DNA of 57,696 nucleotides from Bacteroidota bacterium (GTDB lineage Bacteria; Bacteroidota; Ignavibacteria; UBA10030; UBA8401): NCBI GenBank assembly GCA_031420755.1, contig JANONI010000177.1, positions 1 to 57,696 of the forward strand, read 5' to 3'. Shown piece by piece: positions 54,178 to 57,696 of this stretch (position 1 is its first letter; each line of letters starts with the position of its first letter). The notes under the pieces were generated by a model. It saw only the letters and a program-made list of their open reading frames with translations, ran no database searches and was not told where the DNA came from. The position numbers and the translations under genes were made by a program.

Positions 54178-56106
54178 TTAATCTACAATCATCAACACTA
54201 TTTTTTGCTTCAATAGAAGTGCATCGCGGTATTGGGGTTGTAGTTGTAACGATTGATCAGCAAAGGTCAACGCTTTCTGAAATTCCCGCTTATTCGCGTA
54301 TGCTGTTCCAAGACCATAATAAATTGTCGCCTGCGTTGAGATTATCTGTTCTTTCTGAGCTATGTGTAATGCTTCGGTAAGGATTTTTATCGCTTCATCA
54401 AATTTACCTTGATTGATTTTTATCAATCCCAGATCCAATTTCGGGAATGGATATCCCGGATTTGAATTTATTGAAATAGTATAATGCAGAATCGCCTCGT
54501 CAATATTTCCGGTCTGACTTAATGCACTTGCTAACAGATAATGTGCGTAAAAATTATATGGATATTCATCGATCACAGCGCGATAGGTTGTGATAGCCTG
54601 TTGAATGTTTCCAGTGATCCAGAACCTCTGTGCTGTCTCATAACATCCTTCATCCCAAACTTTACCCATAGAGTAAACGTCATTGACGATCTTTTTCAAT
54701 ACCGGATCAGCTTTCGAATAAAAACTTTGTTCGACCGAAAAATTACTGAACGGCCATTTTGAAGTGAGATTTTTCATGGAGACATCGGCAAATGCTCGGT
54801 CTAACCAGCTAATGTGCAAGCTATCGTCGCTGAACGGAAGTTTATTTACATGTGGCTGACGAGGGAAAATATTCTCTTGTTGTATCTTCTCCACGAAACC
54901 ATTAGCAATCAAATAGTAGCCGTTTGCTTTTGGATGAAGATGTTCCCAAAATAATGTGGTATCAGAAATTCCGTTAACGCTGTGCTGTCGAAAAATCGAA
55001 TCGGATGAAAAGAATGGTATCGAATGTTTCGCACAGACATTCTTAATGATAGCATTAATCTTTCCGGGAGCGCGGAATTTTAACAAGTCATTATCACGAG
55101 CAGACTCAAAACAGGAATGTGCTTTGGCAAAATCATTCAAACCCGAATAGATCGTACCGAGAAGGAATTGTTGATATGCGTTAGTAGAATCAAGATGCGG
55201 CAGAGTATTAAATTTGTTCAGCGCACTATCAAATTTTTTTGATGCGATTACGTTTTGAATTTCAGTGTAGTCATTTGATGGAATTGAATCGTACGCGAAC
55301 GGGAAGAACTGCAAATTCGATGTTACATCACTTACGATTACTGGAATATTGAACTTTCGAAATGATTGTATGATGTCGAATAAATTTCTTTCGAAATTGT
55401 TGAACACTAATTGTGCGTCGTTGGAGTTAAGGTCAACCAATGCACCGTTTGAAACTTGTTTCATCAAATTTGCTTCGAGTGATTGTGTCTGCGGTAAAGA
55501 ATTTCCGAATGACTGCGCGAGCCGGATAATGGAAAGATTTCTGACGGTATATTTCCATTGTGTGATTACTGGAAATTGTTTTTCTATCCACGAAGCACCG
55601 ATGCCGTCCGGTCCATAAAATTCGTTGTGTCCGGTATAGATCAACACTAAATCCGGCTGTAGGCGGAGGAACTCTTTTGTCAGATGAAGAATGACGTTGG
55701 TGTTGATTGCGGAGGCACCAAGATTGATCACTTCAATCTCTTTTTCGGGATACAGATGTTGTAATTGCCGTCGCACCATTCCCGGAATAGTAGCGGTCAT
55801 CTGATAGGGAACACCAAACATAGATGATTCACCAACACAAATAATTCGAACGGTGTTTTTGGTTTTCTGTTTTCTTAGCAATGATGGTTTGAATTCCGGC
55901 ACTAACCGTTCATAGGATGGAAAATAATCTTTTAGAAAACTTCGGTTTATTTGGTACCACTCAATTTGGTCGTAGGTAACGGTGGACGAAAATTTTGGGT
56001 GTAGTTCCGGAAAGACCTTTTCGATGCTGAACTCGATACCAACAAAGAGTATTCCTGCAAAGAATAGAGTAGTTACTGCAAATATAATTTTTTTATAAGT
56101 GGTCAT
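54178..56106 (-). CDS. Membrane-anchored SGNH-like domain protein with C-terminal TPR repeats
   Basis: 642-aa ORF with an N-terminal TM segment. It has IICVGESSMFG (block I-like), YTGHNEF (block III-like) and EHLHP (block V-like). The C-terminal roughly 200 aa are TPR (AHYLLASALSQTGNIDEAI, YYGLGTAYANKREFQKAL). Confidence 0.75.
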   Translation of the reverse strand: MTTYKKIIFAVTTLFFAGILFVGIEFSIEKVFPELHPKFSSTVTYDQIEWYQINRSFLKDYFPSYERLVPEFKPSLLRKQKTKNTVRIICVGESSMFGVPYQMTATIPGMVRRQLQHLYPEKEIEVINLGASAINTNVILHLTKEFLRLQPDLVLIYTGHNEFYGPDGIGASWIEKQFPVITQWKYTVRNLSIIRLAQSFGNSLPQTQSLEANLMKQVSNGALVDLNSNDAQLVFNNFERNLFDIIQSFRKFNIPVIVSDVTSNLQFFPFAYDSIPSNDYTEIQNVIASKKFDSALNKFNTLPHLDSTNAYQQFLLGTIYSGLNDFAKAHSCFESARDNDLLKFRAPGKINAIIKNVCAKHSIPFFSSDSIFRQHSVNGISDTTLFWEHLHPKANGYYLIANGFVEKIQQENIFPRQPHVNKLPFSDDSLHISWLDRAFADVSMKNLTSKWPFSNFSVEQSFYSKADPVLKKIVNDVYSMGKVWDEGCYETAQRFWITGNIQQAITTYRAVIDEYPYNFYAHYLLASALSQTGNIDEAILHYTISINSNPGYPFPKLDLGLIKINQGKFDEAIKILTEALHIAQKEQIISTQATIYYGLGTAYANKREFQKALTFADQSLQLQPQYRDALLLKQKIVLMIVD

Positions 56107-56285
56107 AATTTTCTGCTTTGTAATAGTCCTCCATAAAGATAATAGAATTTCTGTAAACTATTGTTATTGGGTATCTCTAAAACAATACCAAAAGTTTTTT
56201 TTGAGAGTACTATTGACTCTGAACTTTTATTGCCATAAGTTTATGAAAGCCCTTCCATAGAATACGATATAACCAAAGGTATAAC

Positions 56286-57323
56286 TTGGCAGTCACAATT
56301 TACGACATAGCTCGAGAAGCCAAAGTAGGGATTGGAACTGTCTCGCGAGTACTCAACAATAGTCCCAAAGTGACAAATGAGACACGAGATCGTGTGGTAA
56401 CTATTGCAAAAAGGCTTAATTACCAACCACATGCATTTGCCCAAGCATTAGCCCGAAAGCGTTCAAACACGTTAATTGCCGTTATTCCATTTTTCACTAA
56501 TTATTTTTTTATTCAAGTGCTTCAAGGTGTTCAAGAAACTCTTGCCGCAGTCGGTTACGATCTGATTATTCACGGAGCAAATACACAATTACAATTAGAA
56601 GAATATCTTGATCATTCGATGCGAAAGGGAAGAGTTGACGGAACATTGCTCTTCTCTCTTACATTACCGGACCGATTCGCCGAACGTTTTATAGAAAAAA
56701 AAAATCCTCTTGTTTTAGTAGATACATTCCATCCGTTGTTCGATTCAATCAGGGTAGATAATACTGAAGGTGCAAAGAAAGCAACAGAACATCTCTTATC
56801 TCTCGGGCATAGAACAATTGGAATGCTGAATGCAAATTTAAGCAGTGTTCCTGCACGCGAACGGTTATTGAGTTTCAAAGAAACGATGAATACGCACGGG
56901 GTGGATGTGCGGGATGAATATATCATCAATTGTTCCTACACAAAGAATGATGGTTTTAGCCGCGAAGCAGGGTACGAAGGGATGTTGGAGTTTCTACGAA
57001 GAGGAGTGAAACTTCCTTCGGCTTTTTTTGTTTCGAGTGATATCCAAGCTATCGGAATGATTGCTGCGTTACGCGAGAATAATCTTCACGTGCCTGATGA
57101 TGTTGCAATAGTAAGTTTTGATGATATTGAGATTGCAAAATATTTTAATCTTACAACAATGCAGCAGCCGATGTTCAATATGGGAGAACTTGCGGTTAAA
57201 AAAATGCTGGAGAGGATCGATAATCCTTCTGCACCGGTCTCTTCAATAAATTTTACCCCTACACTTGTTGTTCGGTCCAGCTGCGGCGCGAATAAAAATT
57301 ATATTTTAAATGATAATCGATAA
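56286..57323 (+). CDS. LacI-family transcriptional regulator
   Basis: 345-aa ORF with a TTG start, the N-terminal HTH TIYDIAREAKVGIGTVSRVLNN and a periplasmic-binding-protein-like C-domain. Confidence 0.9.
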   Translation: MAVTIYDIAREAKVGIGTVSRVLNNSPKVTNETRDRVVTIAKRLNYQPHAFAQALARKRSNTLIAVIPFFTNYFFIQVLQGVQETLAAVGYDLIIHGANTQLQLEEYLDHSMRKGRVDGTLLFSLTLPDRFAERFIEKKNPLVLVDTFHPLFDSIRVDNTEGAKKATEHLLSLGHRTIGMLNANLSSVPARERLLSFKETMNTHGVDVRDEYIINCSYTKNDGFSREAGYEGMLEFLRRGVKLPSAFFVSSDIQAIGMIAALRENNLHVPDDVAIVSFDDIEIAKYFNLTTMQQPMFNMGELAVKKMLERIDNPSAPVSSINFTPTLVVRSSCGANKNYILNDNR

Positions 57324-57364
57324 TAGAAAGAATTGTGTTCACAAGAATTAATCGGAGTGTCGTA

Positions 57365-57696
57365 ATGAAAAAAAATGTTATCGTCTCTTTTTTGACGCTT
57401 CTTATCGCTTCATACCTGATTGCAGGAACAACCGGAAAAATTGTCGGTACAGTTACCGATTCTAAAACGGGCGAACCGTTACCAGGCGTTAACATTGTCT
57501 TAGTCGGGACAACATTTGGTGCTGTCTCTGATTTTGAAGGGAATTTTTTAATTCTCAATTTATCTCCAGGAACATACACTATCCGTGCTTCATCAATTGG
57601 TTATTCGCCGGTAAATTATTCAAATCTGCGGGTTAGCATTGATGCTACAACGCGACAAGATTTTAAGCTAAGTGAAGAAACTGTTATTGGTGATGA
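57365..57696 (+). CDS. 5' part of a TonB-dependent (SusC-like) receptor; continues beyond the window
   Basis: Hand-translated as MKKNVIVSFLTLLIASYLIAGTTGKIVGTVTDSKTGEPLPGVNIVLVGTTFGAVSDFEGNFLI... (signal peptide and CarboxypepD_reg domain). There is no stop before the window end, and it is not in the ORF track. Confidence 0.8.
   Translation, partial: MKKNVIVSFLTLLIASYLIAGTTGKIVGTVTDSKTGEPLPGVNIVLVGTTFGAVSDFEGNFLILNLSPGTYTIRASSIGYSPVNYSNLRVSIDATTRQDFKLSEETVIGD

Noticed and set aside
1..57696. Defence island, prophage or integrative element
   Set aside because: No integrase, transposase, recombinase, phage structural, restriction-modification, toxin-antitoxin or nuclease/ATPase defence-type ORFs were recognised. 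Gene content is core metabolism and envelope biogenesis throughout.

Overview
This is a 57.7-kb chromosomal segment from a moderately AT-rich Gram-negative bacterium. The gene content points to the FCB superphylum, possibly Ignavibacteriota-like (inference): TonB-dependent receptors with carboxypeptidase-regulatory N-domains, a LacI regulator next to a SusC-like receptor, an Omp28/thioredoxin-like protein, and LPS genes. About 47 CDS are well supported and nearly all are housekeeping. They cover the TCA cycle (citrate synthase, class I fumarase), secDF, a STAS/RsbW/PP2C partner-switching module, envelope genes (LpxL-like, heptosyltransferase, PBP1A, LpxH), nusB, cdd, an OmpR/HK pair, an M16 peptidase pair, nuoJKLMN and nnr. 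I saw no rRNA, tRNA, CRISPR array, transposase, integrase or phage genes. Two things deserve attention. (1) The window holds many small palindromic MITE/REP-like elements of several families. Some sit inside the nuo operon. Several appear to be inserted in-frame in coding sequences: 96 bp in nnr flanked by a 6-bp direct repeat, about 129 bp at the 5' end of a TonB-dependent receptor gene, and a shared 33-nt double hairpin in nuoL and nuoM. A 700-bp non-coding island built from nested palindromes lies between two roughly 80-bp direct repeats. (2) A tightly packed operon encodes a NodU/CmcH-type carbamoyltransferase, an SxtJ-like membrane protein and a 52-aa DUF5989/SxtK-like ORF that is missing from the ORF track. 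Two membrane-anchored SGNH-hydrolase-like proteins and TPR proteins flank it. This is a conserved module with no assigned function. All functional calls come from motif recognition by eye, and no database search was possible.
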